This document shows, one piece after another, positions 36,266 to 49,117 of a stretch of 64,000 nt of DNA. Below the pieces are notes generated by a model, which searched no databases, was not told the origin of the DNA, and saw nothing but the letters and a program-made list of their open reading frames with translations. Positions within the stretch are counted from its first letter, which is position 1. Every line of letters starts with the position of its first letter. The stretch lies in contig JBEUKZ010000009.1 in assembly GCA_048128005.1 (NCBI GenBank), positions 372,001-436,000 of the forward strand, given 5' to 3'. This stretch comes from Veleropilina oligotropha. Taxonomy: Eukaryota. A program made the position numbers and the translations under genes.

Positions 36266-37497
36266 ATTCTTGGGGATATTTAAATATCATTTTGGCAACA
36301 TGTCTGCATTAATATGAATATGCATTTATGTGCGTTGTATATTAATATCTAATCATTAAAAGATAATTTTTGGCTGACAACTTATGCAATTTTATTTTAA
36401 TTTTAATTTTAATTTTACGCATTTATATAACAAACGCTTGTGGTGACAATAATGACATATGTCCATATTAAAATTAGATTCATATATGTTTGTATTTTAC
36501 TGTATAATTTGTGATTTAATAATCATAATGTATGCAAAATTTGGCTTTACTGCAGGCACATTCCAGTTAAATATGTACACATACGTGTATAATATGCACG
36601 ACTGTCTGAATTTGATCTCACTGATTTATTTGCTGAGCAGCGCCCATAATATACCTAATATGTTGAGATCACAGTTAGAGGTTACTGGCTCAATGATTTC
36701 AATACAACATCAACCCATTGTGCAATAATTGATCACACACCAGTAGCAATGGCTACAAGCCACATGACGCCACATCTGTCCTCACTAATTATTTGTCGAC
36801 ATGTTTCGGAACTGCGGACCAGGATCCTCTGTTTGAATGTATGGATGGTCTATATCATGGCGCAACTAATAACAGAAAAATAAACACATGATGACATTTA
36901 TCATCAGCCAGTACCTAAAATTTGTTCCAATTTTTTTTAAAGGCATTTACTAAATTAACTTCACTTTAAGAAAACAATAAATTTAAAGAATATTGTGCAT
37001 TTGTCATTTGAACTTATGAATTTGCCATTTATTGAAATATAGAGAATGTTAATTATGTCTCTCCTGGGATGGGAGAGACATATTATTTTACACTCCGTTC
37101 TCCTTCACTTAACCCGCCCTATCTTGCCATTGTGCTTTTCGGCAAAATTTTGCGGAACCGACCTTCGACCTTTATCTAATGACTTTTGACCCCGAAATCG
37201 TTTCCGGTCTGGTTCTTGGTGATGTCAAATCTTATCATTCTAATTTCTTTGAAGATGCTTGGCCCACACTTTAAGCATGTGCAGGGTGCTAAAATTTTGC
37301 ACTTTTGACCTTGGCACTGTTACCTTCATCAAATAATTTCCATATTAGGGCATTTTTATATTTTATTTTCCATATTATTTTTCGCCAAGTTTTCCCCTGT
37401 GGGTGAGTACATTATATAGCAATGTTCAAGTTGTTGTTCGGTGAAAGGTCAAGGTCACTGAGGTCAAAATGTACTTTCCTGATTCCATATTTGGGCA

Positions 37498-38664
37498 TTT
37501 TTAACCCCCCGGGGATATAGTCATCAGCATGTCCGTCCGTCCATCTGTAATCATTTCGTTTCCGGAGCATATCTCTTAAACCGCTTGACATATCTTTACG
37601 ACACTTGGTGGGTGTATTAAGGACATGGTGAACTGGTGCCTTTTGCCAGTTTCGACGTTGGGTGGCGATTATTAACAGAGTTATTGCCCTTGTTGTAAAT
37701 TCTAATCGATATCTTTTCTGGAGCATATCTTATACACCTCTAGACATAACTTTACGAAACTTGCGGAGTGTATTAAGTAGTCAGTGAACTGGTGCCTTTT
37801 GCTAGTTTCGACATTGAGCGGCGATCATTAACAGAGTTATTGCCCTTGTTGTAAATTCTAATCGATATCGTTTCCAGAGCATATCTCATACACCGCTCAA
37901 CATAACTTTACGAAACTTGCTGGGTATATGAAGTAGTCAGTGAACTGGTGCCTTTTGCCAGTTTTGACGTTGAGCTGCGATTATTAACAGAGTTATTGGT
38001 CTTGTTGTAAATTCGTTTGTTATATTTTCCGGAGCGTATCTCATACTCCGCTCAACATAACTTTACGAAACTTGCTGGGTGTATTAAGTAGTCAGTGAAC
38101 TGTTGCCTTTTGCCAGTTTCGACGTTGAGCGACGATTATTAACAGAGTTATTGCCCTTGTTGTAAATTCGTTAATGTTATCTTTTCCAGAGCATATCTCA
38201 TAAACTGCTCAGCATATCTTTATATAAAATTTGGAGGGTGTATTCAGTAGCTGGTGCCTTTTGCCAGTTTCAACGTTGAGCTGCGATTATTAACAGAGTT
38301 ATTGCCCTTGTTGTAAATTCGTTAATGTTATCTTTTCCAGAGCGTATCTCATAAACCGCTCAGCATATCATTATGACATTTAGTGGGTGTATTCAGTAGC
38401 TGGTGCCTTTTGGATATTTTGACGTTGTGCGGTGATTATTAACAGAGTTATTGCCCTTGCTTTAACTTCGTTAAAAGATGTTTTCCAGAGTATATCTCAT
38501 AAAATCCTTGACTTATCTTTACGAAACGTGGTTGCCTTTTCATAATTTTGATGTTGTGCAGTGATTTATGACAGAGTTATTGCCCTTTCCTCAAATTATA
38601 TAAAATGATCTTTTCCGGACCATAATGTGCGCTGGGGGGATATGTCATCTTCTGATGGCTCTTG
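37498..38664 (+). mobile_element. HINE-like element with ~156-bp cores (about 7)
   Basis: GTCC tract; cores at 37564, 37720, 37876...; 3' gggggga plus gtcatc..gatggc hairpin and CTTG|TT. Related fragment at ~53530-53672. Confidence 0.75.
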
Positions 38665-38863
38665 TTATATTTTATTGTTTCCTTAATTATTTGTTGCCAA
38701 ATTTCTTCATGAAGTTGAGTACATTATATAACAATGTTCAATTTTATTGTTCGGTCAAAGGTCAAGGATACAGAGGTCAAAATGTACTTTCCTGATACAC
38801 ACCTTGTCCGTATAGATCTCGGGTCATATACATGCCAGCATGATTTCATGTGATGTAATATGT

Positions 38864-39214
38864 ATAGGTTACTAACCGAGTTGGAGGTATTCATCGATTT
38901 GAAAGACCTGCGCCCGTGCGGATCGTGACACCGAGACCGCGGAGCGGTCGAGGTGTTACAGCACGGAAGCAGGTCTTTCAAATAGATGAATACCGACTAA
39001 CGAGGTTTGTAACCGACTTACACAACGGACAATTAGAGCTCCTTTGTTGTCAATTTAGCCTGTGATCAGCTTTAGCCGTCTTGCACGGACGCAGGTCGGT
39101 ATAGAGTGAAAAGTAGGTTGGTATGGCTATACCACCCTACTTTTGAATCGTCATTGAAAACAAGGTGTTCACGCTGAATACCAACCTCTTTAAAACAAAA
39201 GAGCCATTGTGTAA
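38864..39214 (+). mobile_element. Non-autonomous long-hairpin element
   Basis: Imperfect palindrome 38867-39014 with GGA loop, then IR ttacacaacgg (39018) / ccattgtgtaa (ends 39214). Confidence 0.65.
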
Positions 39215-41476
39215 CTTCCCTTAATGTGCAAGGAGGCGTAATTTTCCGAAAATGACCTTTGACCTTGACATAATGACCTTTGTCATCTTCATAAGGTTCC
39301 CATACCTTGAACGTGAAGGGTGTAAATATTCAGGACATTTGCATAAATCCATCCATTTGGTCAAATATATTTACACTCCCAGATCGTGACTTTCCTAACT
39401 TCATGAGGGTCTCAATATGGAGTGATTTTTATTACATGGGGAGACATATGTTTATGTTCACACAAAAACAACCCCTCTAGTTACCATTTATGTCTATATA
39501 TTAGCAAGAATGGCATTTTAAACATGCGTAGATTTATTAAGAATCATTAAGTGATATATTCATTGCTGTCAGCTGTCGGTGTCAAACAATCTTGTGCCTT
39601 CTAACTGAGTATCGACTTATCTACTGTATGTAAATGAGTGACATCAACTTGATCAAGACATAATTAAATTGTCGTTAACGTGATTAATTATTTTCATATC
39701 GCAAAATTTGTGACGTTTGATTGGTGTAAATGACATCATTAGTTTGATAAATAACCATGTCACACTTAGATCTACGTCAATATGTTTAACCACGCATCGT
39801 CTGCTACAAGATATCATAAGTTCTTTTTATTTGCTATTGGATGTAATCAACTATTATGTTATAATCCTGTGAGATTAGGGTTATGCACTTAGTATATATG
39901 ACCTAAATACTCCTTAGTATTTTAGATATTCAACTTTCATTTTGAATGATATTGATAATCATACCTGTCAACATTTGACATTGTCCCATAGGTAGATTTT
40001 TTCCTCGACTAATTAATGAGAAGACGACTGTGTACACGTGTACATATTCGTGCGTATATATATATATTTCCTCAAATGTAATGCTATTTTGAAACTAACT
40101 ATTGGTACTATGTAGAAAATTTGACACACACAATTATCTCCCTTTGTAACATACTGAAAGTCGAATTCTCAGCTTGCTTATTTAATTTTAAAGATTCCAT
40201 TTTACTTTTTTCCCATCTTTTATATGTCATTTTTAATATTTATACTGCATGCAACCAAGCATGCAATAAAATAAGGATTTGCCAACTTCCGTTTTTAATG
40301 AACTATGCCAAATAAGGGTACGGTAGGTTCTCATTTTAAAACTTAACGTCCTGCAATAAGTTGCAATTATCATTATTATATTATCGAAGTCATATATACT
40401 ATATTAAACCATATTTTCCTTTAACCGTTAGTTTCTTTTAATCATCATCTGGTATTACTTTTGGGACAAACATAATAGACATCCGCTTATCATCCAAGCT
40501 ATTCACCCTATGGGTCGACTTTCACCAGCCTGTTCAGTGTTCCGTGTTGGCATCCATTGTTATCAAGACAATTGAATCGTTGTGGTAATCAATGCACCTT
40601 AATTAAAGAATGTTTCAAATGAACTAAAACAAAGTCTAAGATGAATGATCAGTGACTGGAAAGTTTCATAAAGGGATATTGGTCATAGGAACTACCGATG
40701 ACAAATTAATTTAGGTAAAATTATTATTAGTGTTTTGGTGTCTGCCGATCGGCAAATTAAAAAATAGACTTTCATCGGCAAACTACCGACGATATAGGTA
40801 GAAGTGACAGGTATGTTGATAATCAGATTTGTAAGTTGCAACTGACATGACGTTATATTCAATGGCTTAATTACACTGATAGTTTAACGTTGAAAGGAAT
40901 AAAAGTATAAAAATGTTATCCTGCTTTTGATCGTTTGATACAAATGTTTATACTGTTCACTTTGAAAATATTCACTTATACATAGACAACCTTGAACAGA
41001 ATGCTAAATATTTTTTAATTGTACAGCTTATAGAATAAATTTAGTGACCTGTCTGTTTTAATATGAATTATTACTTTGATTGTCAATAGCACTAATCCGT
41101 AAATGGGTTAATAATGACATCTAATGTAAACATTGTAATTAAGCTTATCTGTTTCGCAAGTATTATTCTGTCAGGTGTTTAAGGTTTCTGTGATATGGTG
41201 TCACATTCCATCTGTGCCTGACTAATAGCTGTTTGATTTGCGGAGCTTTCGTCAACTATGGTAATCAGATGACTTACAAGCATGACATGTAAGGGAGATT
41301 ACCAGTGCAACTAATGCATATATATATATCATATGCAAACTGCTAATTACTTTGTGATGTTAACCCCTTTAAGTTACTTGGACATCTTGTGTGACAATAT
41401 AGCAAAAATTGACAAATAGTTGATTTGGTTATATATAGGAAAGTTAATGAAAAGAAATGTTGTGTAAACCAAACAC

Positions 41477-41891
41477 ATAGAGGGTATTTGATGGTATGTC
41501 AGAAATATTAAATATATTTTGTCGAGTGAAATATATCCTAGCGGATTCACGAAAGGCCGGAGGCCTTGAATGAATCGGCTAGGATCTAGTTCACGAGACA
41601 AAATATATTTAATATTTCTGACATAACATTAAATAATATATTTATTATATAAATGGGTAATTATCAATTAAATAATGTTACCATTGTATAGCCGTGCTTA
41701 TTTTTGTGGAAGAACGAATGCGTGCGCTGTTGACGTTGTAATGTTGAAATGTAGTTCGCCATCATAACGTCGCCATGGACAACGTTTTTATGACGTCACG
41801 TTATGACGCGTGAGTGAAATTATATGTGAGTGAATTACCCATTATATTTTTGTCATTATTTAACGAATAACAGCACCATTTATATAATAAA
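41477..41891 (+). mobile_element. Non-autonomous long-hairpin element
   Basis: Palindrome 41495-41625 (29-bp perfect outer stem, GGA loop), then a perfect 16-bp IR 41641-41656 / 41876-41891. Confidence 0.7.
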
Positions 41892-42587
41892 TTGATATAT
41901 TTAAGGGTAGTTAAGATATTGTGTCAAAATAAGTTGTATATATTAAAGATCTGATGTGTGCTAATTGAAAACCTATATGTTACATAATATCTGCTTTGAT
42001 CATCTTTATATGAAACTTAATTATAAATAAATATTAGTATGATTGTGAGACTGTGAAAATGCCATAAATAAGGGATCTTTTCTTGAATACATACCAGGTC
42101 TGATCATCATATTGTATTACTTTTTTAATTAAATATTAATTTTCCTGATCAGATTTGTGATTAATAAGCCAATAACACCAAGCATGTTATACCACTGCTA
42201 TTCCAAATGTCTGTTGGCACGGAAAGTTCCGTGTTGTAATGAATACATCCTCTAGTTGATACATGTACTAGAGAAACAGATATATATATATATACAAACC
42301 GACCCAATTCCAATGCCCTTCACCCACCCCTATATGTGGGTGAGCATAATGACATTTATCATGACCAGAAGAGCATCTGTTTCATGCATGACACTTAATT
42401 TTGATCCATTGATATAGGACAATGCATCATTCACTTTTGCAGTTTGTAGTAAATATATATATACAAACCAATTCTTACGCAATCTGACAATGCTGCATTT
42501 TTTATACAATGACGATCGTCGATTACACACAATTCTTGCTGAACTTTGGCATATGATATGTTTTCATGTTGTTGTTTGTCTTATTCA

Positions 42588-42775
42588 CCGACCCCCGGCT
42601 GAGGCGTCACACATTTGTTCAAGTTATGATTCACAGTTGTCCATGACTGGTCGAAGAGGGCGGGTTTATCCGGGCGACCGGGCTTTCCTCCTGCGATAAT
42701 ACGGACACGTCCTGGTTTGAACCAAATGATGGTTGGAAATATACGGGACATTAAGCATCGATCATTTCCTTTCTT
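42588..42775 (+). mobile_element. 5'-truncated tRNA-SINE (family 1)
   Basis: Matches the body of 44890-45150; other fragments at ~12468-12615, 47750-47843 and 59044-59248. Confidence 0.75.
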
Positions 42776-42848
42776 ATTCACCGAATCATATCAACATTTT
42801 GACGGTCAATTCTTAAATAATGTTTTTTACTTTTCATTTATTTAACAG

Positions 42849-42963
42849 CTGGAAGATGATGTCGTTGCCAAGCCCGGCTACGTGTCGATCATGAAGTCGT
42901 TCGCTCACCAGCAAAAAACCGACGACTGGGTGCTGCTGGAGTTTTCTGCATTGGGATTCATCG
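42849..42963 (+). CDS. MGAT4: MGAT4-like exon with EDD metal-binding motif
   Basis: aacag|ctg..g|gtttgt; [39 protein letters not shown]. Confidence 0.95.
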
Positions 42964-42985
42964 GTTTGTAGTTGCAAAATATTTG

Positions 42986-44440
42986 TTATGCCCCCTAAGC
43001 GAAGTTTGGGGTCATATAGTGTTGCACACGTCTGGCCGTCCAAACTTCGTTTCCGGGCAATAACTTGAGAACACCTTCATGGATTTCAATTAAATTGTGC
43101 AAGTGGATAATCATAAAACCTAAGTAGAGTTCGATTTTGGTAAAATTCTGATGTCACATAAGAGAGTTATGCCCCTTGATTCACTTGGAAACATTTTTGG
43201 CCCGCCTTCTAAAGGCAGGGCTATAGCCGTGTACTGGCGTCCGTCACCTGATGCTTTCTGTCACATAGAAGATGATCCGCTGGACTTACTGCTTTCATAT
43301 TTGGTATACATCTTATATACCATCAGGCTTAGCCCAAGTTCAAAGGTGGGGTCGCTGGGTCAAAGGTCAAGGTCATTTTCGTGTATATCCGTTCTGGCAC
43401 TTCGAAGATTGCTTTCTGTCACCTAGAAGATGAACCGCTGGACCTACAGCTTTCATCTTGGGTATGCACCTTGTATACCATCAGGCCTTGGTTAAGTTCA
43501 AAAATGGAGTCTCTGGGTCAAAGGTCAAGGTCATTTTCGTGCACTTTGAAGATATAGAGTTATTGATTATTTTCCTCTCTATGGATTTATGTATCCAAAA
43601 GGCGGGCCTGTATGAGGATTATACCTCTAGTTTCATTTCTGGGCAATAACTTGAGAATGCCTTCATGGATTTCAATTAAATTTGGTATTCACGTGTATGA
43701 TCATAATAGCTAAGTGGAGTTCGATTTCGGTAAAATTCCGCCTTCACATAAGGGAGTTATGTCCCTTCATCAACTTGCAAATTTATTTTCCTTTTCCGGT
43801 TGTTAACTTGACAATTCCTTCATGGATTTAAATTTAATGTGATATGCACGTGTATGATCATAATAGCTAATTGCATTTCGACTTCGGTAAAATTCTGACT
43901 TCACATAACGGAGTTATGTCCCTTGATCTACTTGCAATTTCTTTTTCCATTTCCGGGCGATAACTTGAGAATGCTTTCATGGATTTCAATTAAATTTGGT
44001 AGACACGTGTATTAAATCTCATTGGAAAGAAATTTTATGCCCGGCCCCATGCAAAATGAAGTATGGAGAGCATTTATTGTTACACATGTTTGTCCCTCGA
44101 ATGCTTGAGATTCTGCGCTATATTCAGGCATTCATGGATTCAAATTACATTAATTTGATGTACACATGTATATCAGAATATCTAAGTGGAGTTTGATTTC
44201 TATAAATTCCCAACTTCATTTAAGAGACATAGCTTTTAATTAATTTAATTTTGTTTTCAATTCTGGACGATAACTTCGGAATACATTCATGGAATGAAAC
44301 TATATTTGGAATATAGCTAGGTATACATTATTAAATGCGTAAATGCAATGTTAAGAGAGTTATGGCTGTTCACTTCGAATTTCTTTCATTCCTGGGCAGT
44401 TGTTTCAGCGGGGGCATTCGTGTCACTTTGACATATCTAG
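42986..44440 (+). mobile_element. HINE family A, short copy
   Basis: Same head, cores and tail as 22106-25647 but few cores; interrupted by family B. Confidence 0.85.
43197..43630 (+). mobile_element. HINE family B copy nested in family A
   Basis: Near-identical to 5842-6285. The host core cacttggaaacattttt|tttcatttc resumes across it. Confidence 0.85.
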
Positions 44441-44454
44441 TTTTAATTATTATA

Positions 44455-44561
44455 CAGGGTGTCGGTGTCCCAAAAGTCTGGAGTCATAGCAATGTCTGCC
44501 AGGTGTTTCTGTGGTTCCTTCCGCTATAGTAGACACGATTCCAGACTTTTGGGACACCTTG
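44455..44561. mobile_element. Very small Tc1/mariner-type MITE
   Basis: TA|cagggtgtc(ggtgtc)ccaaaagtctgga ... tccagacttttgggacaccttg|TA. Confidence 0.65.
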
Positions 44562-44889
44562 TAGATGCCATGTATTTGCGCTATTGAATGTTGATCATGT
44601 GATGATGTTTCAATGGATAATTTGGTTCTAATAATTATTATGAACAAATCTTAGTAACAAATTTTATTGCAGTGAAGATAGTTGCAATGTATTGAGGATT
44701 AAATGTTGTATATGTATTAACAGTCATGTCATTAGAATACTGTTTGTATGATTACAATGAAACATTTATTGTTATGAGTTTTTAATAATTTATTCTTTCA
44801 AGGAAGGGAATGTTAGGTGAACTTTTGTATACTGTACTAAGAGTAATTATTATCCAGTGCTTTTTAACACCGTTTCTGATTGGCAAAGA

Positions 44890-45150
44890 GGCCGCTTCGG
44901 TAGCGCAGTGGGTAGAGTGTCCACTCTAACTTCACTGGCTTGTTTCCGCTGACGCGAACAGTAGTGGGATCGACCCCCGGCTGAGGCAGCACACATTTGT
45001 TCAAGTTATGAAGCACAGTTGTCCGTGACTGGCCGAAGAGGGCGGGTTTACCCGGCGACCGGGGTTTCCTCCCGCGATAACACGGACATGTCCTGCCTTG
45101 AACCTCTATGTTATAAATATACAGGACATTAAGCATAATAAAATTTAAAA
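44890..45150 (+). mobile_element. Full-length tRNA-derived SINE (family 1) with TSD
   Basis: A-box tagcgcagtgg, B-box-like ggatcgacccc, ggtttcctccc body motif, A-rich tail. TSD tgattggcaaaga at 44877-44889 and 45151-45163. Confidence 0.85.
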
Positions 45151-45463
45151 TGATTGGCAAAGAGGCACCGCACTCACTCCCATAACATTTGGTACAGGAC
45201 AGTGCTGAGTGGAAGCTGGGACTGTGTATAAATGTGAACAAGTGTATGCAAAAACTTGTATTGCACATAAGGGTAGTATCTTGATCAAATTTGGATTCAA
45301 AATGTGTATTGAATTGACATTGCATTAACGTACACAGTAAATGTTTATTTGTGGTAATAATATATTTACATCCTGTAAAACATAAGTTAATCTGTATTGA
45401 AGATAATACAAAGCACTGATATAAACTAAAATGTGTTTTGAAAATAAAGTGAAAATTGGGGAG

Positions 45464-45679
45464 AATAATAATAATAATAATAGGACTTTATATTGCGCCT
45501 TTCCATGCACGAATGCTTGCTCAAAGCGCTACATCATTATTATTCCCTGGTTACCGGCCTGTTCTTTGAGAGCATTCCAACCGAGCTGCCATTTATAAGC
45601 ACATCAGACTTGTCATACTGACAATTTCCATCACTGCCAACCAGGTACCGACTTCGATCTTAGATCGCCTGGGTGAACC
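45464..45679 (-). mobile_element. 5'-truncated SINE (family 2)
   Basis: Reverse complement of the 3' part of 47371-47713, with (ATT)n tail. Confidence 0.8.
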
Positions 45680-45762
45680 GATAATAAGTTGATGGTAATT
45701 TGATTACAGCAATAATTTATAGGAAGGGTTCATATTTATAAATATGTGCATCTACTTTGCAG

Positions 45763-45893
45763 GTAAAATGTTCAAGTCGAGCGACGTTCCGATGATCGTA
45801 GACTTCTTCTTGATGTTCCATCTAGACAAGCCCATTGATTGGCTGCTTGATCACTTGCTATTTGTCAAAGTATGCAATCCTGAGAAAGATAAC
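45763..45893 (+). CDS. MGAT4: MGAT4-like exon
   Basis: ttgcag|gt..aac|gtaagt; [43 protein letters not shown]. Confidence 0.95.
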
Positions 45894-46236
45894 GTAAGTC
45901 TTCACAGTCTGTAAGCAATCATGTGAGCTCGTGTGTAACTTAAGAATTTCTCCTCCGACTTCCAAGATATTTCGTGATATGTAGAAAATTTACATCGCTT
46001 TCTAGAATATTATTTAGTATATCTATCATTCAGCAATTGTTAAACATTGTTTCCCTTGTTTACTTATTCCAGATTCACAATTGATAAAGGAAAGTTATTT
46101 GACATTTTCTGTCAATTAGGCGTCAGTACAATTTTGGCGATAAGAGTTGTCTCCCTTACACTATGTTTGTCTTCGTAAAGGGACAGAAATTGCATATTTG
46201 GAGATATCTAACAGAAAGCCATTATTTTATATTTAG

Positions 46237-46344
46237 AAACATTGCACTCGAATGAAAGCAGATTTGCGTCGACGATACAAGCCATCTTTATTCCAACATG
46301 TTGGTGTACAATCTTCGCTCAAAGGAAAAGTACAAAAGTTGAAG
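46237..46344 (+). CDS. MGAT4: MGAT4-like exon
   Basis: tttag|aaa..aag|gtatt; [36 protein letters not shown] (PSLFQH.G..SSL.GK motif). Confidence 0.95.
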
Positions 46345-47128
46345 GTATTTGTCAAACTATTTTTTAAGTCTAATTATTTATACAGTATTTTGGGAACATA
46401 ATATCTATGCATGTGAGTGTGTCATTATTTGTCTGTGTGTCCATTACGGATTTTCTCATTACTGTGTATTATCTAGAGAGTTTTTTTTCGGAAAACATAT
46501 CATATTTTGGGTAATAATCGCCACTTAGTGGCAACCTCTCTTTACATTTTGTGATTGATTTTTAATGACATTGGCACCAATTTTTATCCATGACTCATTT
46601 TAGTTGGATAGTGGGCACTATGGTTTTGGCATGTTTGACCGGAGTACATTGCCAGCATTTTAAACACTATTCAAGAGCCACCTCAAAATTTAAGGACGTG
46701 ATTGGAAATATTTATATTTTCATCTATTATGACATGAGAATATTCTTATGATCTGAAAGTAAACTCGATAGTTTCTTTTGGAGTTAATCAACATTTATAA
46801 GGTTCAGTTAATCGACATGTATAGGGATCAGTTAATCGACATATATACGGATGAGATAATCGACATTTATAGGGATAAGTTAATCGACATCTCAGAAGGC
46901 ATCAACAGCGTCACAAGGTTTATTCTAGTATATTCGTTTTGTGCATGGCGATGGTCAATCTTTGATTTTCAGTGACTGCAATGATAAGAACTGAGATTAG
47001 TGCCCGGCTGTTAACAGTTGTATATTGGATACCTAACACTTATTGCAAGTGGATGATAAGCAAATGTCATGTATATCTTTAATTTATAGAATTAAATGAA
47101 ATATTTTGTTTATACATTTCTTCTAAAG

Positions 47129-47322
47129 GATAAAGACTTCGGTAAACAAGGTTTGATGCGAGCTCACATAAATCCAGATGCTGAAGTGTCCACATCGCTG
47201 AGCGCATACCAGCAATTTACTCTGCGGAAGGCGTACCTCGGGGAAACGTTCTTTTGGGCAACAGACCCCAAGGTCGACGATTATGTAGAATTTCATTTTA
47301 AAACACCGACTATTATTGAGAG
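47129..47322 (+). CDS. MGAT4: MGAT4-like exon (start of C-terminal lectin domain)
   Basis: ctaaag|gat..ag|gtaagt; DKDFGKQGLMRAHINPDAEVSTSLSAYQQFTLRKAYLGETFFWATDPKVDDYVEFHFKTPTIIE. Confidence 0.93.
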
Positions 47323-47370
47323 GTAAGTATGCTTGAATCCTCAGTTGGGCATTTTGTGCAATTAACAGTA

Positions 47371-47713
47371 GCCACTGTGGCTCAGTGGTAGTGCACTGGC
47401 CTCTCATCGACAGATTTTGGGTTCAATCCCCGATCCCGGCGAGTTGCCTTGGGCAAGGAATTTAGCATATATGTGCCTCAGTTCACCCAGCCGATTTGAG
47501 ATTGAAGTGGGTACCTGGTTGGCAGTGACGAAAATTGTCAGTATGACAAGTCTGATGCACCTATAAATGGCAGCTCGGCTGGAATGTTCTCAAAGAGAGT
47601 TGAGATGGAATCTCGAATAGAACAGGCCGGTAACCAGGGAATAATAATGATGTAGCACTTTGAGCAAGCATTCGTGCATGGAAAGGCGCATTATAAAAAG
47701 TCCCATTATTATT
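47371..47713 (+). mobile_element. Full-length tRNA-derived SINE with CORE-like segment (family 2)
   Basis: A-box tggctcagtgg, B-box ggttcaatccc, ccttgggcaag...tgtgcctcagtt (CORE-like), L2-like tail ending (att)n. Confidence 0.8.
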
Positions 47714-48265
47714 AGTTGTGTGTAACTGGCCATTTTCGCGAGCGAGGAAGCTTTCCTCCCGCGATAATACGAACATGTCCTGGTTTGAACCAAATGATGG
47801 TTGGAAATATACAGGACATTAAGCATCGATCCTTTCCTTTCATTCACTTTATAAGTTAACCATTGAAAATAGATTTTAGTTCTTTGTTAGGTATTGCAAA
47901 TAGCTGCCTTTGTAGTTTGTAAATGAATGGAAATTTTATGATGTCAACATGCAAGCAGCTTGGTATGAAAAAGTATGGAGGTGTACTGCAAAACAGGAGG
48001 CCGATGTGTGGTATTATGTACGAAACTTGATTAGAATAAACGTTGTTAATAACACATGTAATCAGGATTAGTTAAAAACATTTCTTAAAGTTACATGTGC
48101 AAATATATATTTTAAAAAGTATGTGCATAATCATTTTCTCCTCAGGAGCACATGTACAGGAACAGGCATATTAAGGTTCAGGGCATCGTTAACATGAAGC
48201 TTGAGACTTTCCTTTCATTAGCAAACAGACCTCTCCATGCTCATCTTGTGTTCTTTTTGTTTCAG

Positions 48266-48539
48266 TTATTTATTCCGTAGCGGCAATGCCGATCACCCGG
48301 GCGACCGCTTCTACAACACCACCGTGCTGGTGATGCCAGTATCCAACACCAACCAGCCCGGCGCTCTGCTGAAGAACGCCGGCGGTGGCGGGGACCAGAC
48401 CGACAGTGCCTACACCGTCGTCGGCACGTTCAACAAGGAGGGGCTGGCCGAGGGGAATATCCCCGACAGCATCAAGGAGGTGGAGGCGCTGCGGCTGCAT
48501 CTGTCCTCCAAGAGCGAAAACTGGGTGATATTAAGCGAG
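48266..48539 (+). CDS. MGAT4: MGAT4-like exon (lectin domain)
   Basis: tttcag|t..gag|gtac; YLFRSGNADHPGDRFYNTTV...VGTFNKEGLAEG...ENWVILSE. Confidence 0.95.
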
Positions 48540-49090
48540 GTACAGCACCAATTTGTATTAAACTTAACTCTTTACGTTTGGGGAATTTTTTGAAAACACT
48601 ATAATTTGTCTGTATGATTATACATTTAATATCCCAATATAACATCAAATAGTCGGGGATAATATGATTTTGTCTCAGTTTCTCCGCCGCGTCTGCAGAG
48701 ATATCTTATGTGTGCTCTAAGTTGACAGTTATGATTCAATTTGATTCAATTTCCATCAAATTTGCTATGCACACTAGTTATATATGCCGAGATCACGAGC
48801 CAAACTATTTTTGGCATGATCGGATCTTTGAAACTGAGTTACAACGTTTGAATTATGTAAAATTGTATCAAAATTTTATTCAATTAAATGATCTACCCGA
48901 AATTTTAATGAAATGACTTGTTGGCATTGTCATTAACATTACTTCTAACATTCATCACTTTCATATTAATTATATGCCACATCAACGCTATTAAACTCGT
49001 ATGTTTTTACAGGAATATTTATAAACTTGGTTAATTTATTGATGCAAAACCCTTGTTCATACATATGTTAATATATTTACTTCGTTACAG

Positions 49091-49117
49091 ATTTTTATTA
49101 AAGTCAAAGGAAGGTGA
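49091..49117 (+). CDS. MGAT4: MGAT4-like terminal coding exon
   Basis: ttacag|att ttt att aaa gtc aaa gga agg TGA; completes WVILSEIFIK, the family C-terminus. Confidence 0.88.
   Translation: MFIKVKGR

Larger units (their letters stand above)
37053..39480 (+). mobile_element. HINE-like element (outer) containing two nested insertions
   Basis: 5' hairpin atgtctctcc..ggagagacat; 3' gggagacat plus hairpin and CTAG|TT end. Confidence 0.55.

Noticed and set aside
47371..47445. Possible tRNA gene
   Set aside because: A/B boxes run into a SINE body and tail that is repeated at 45464-45679; no complete cloverleaf seen.
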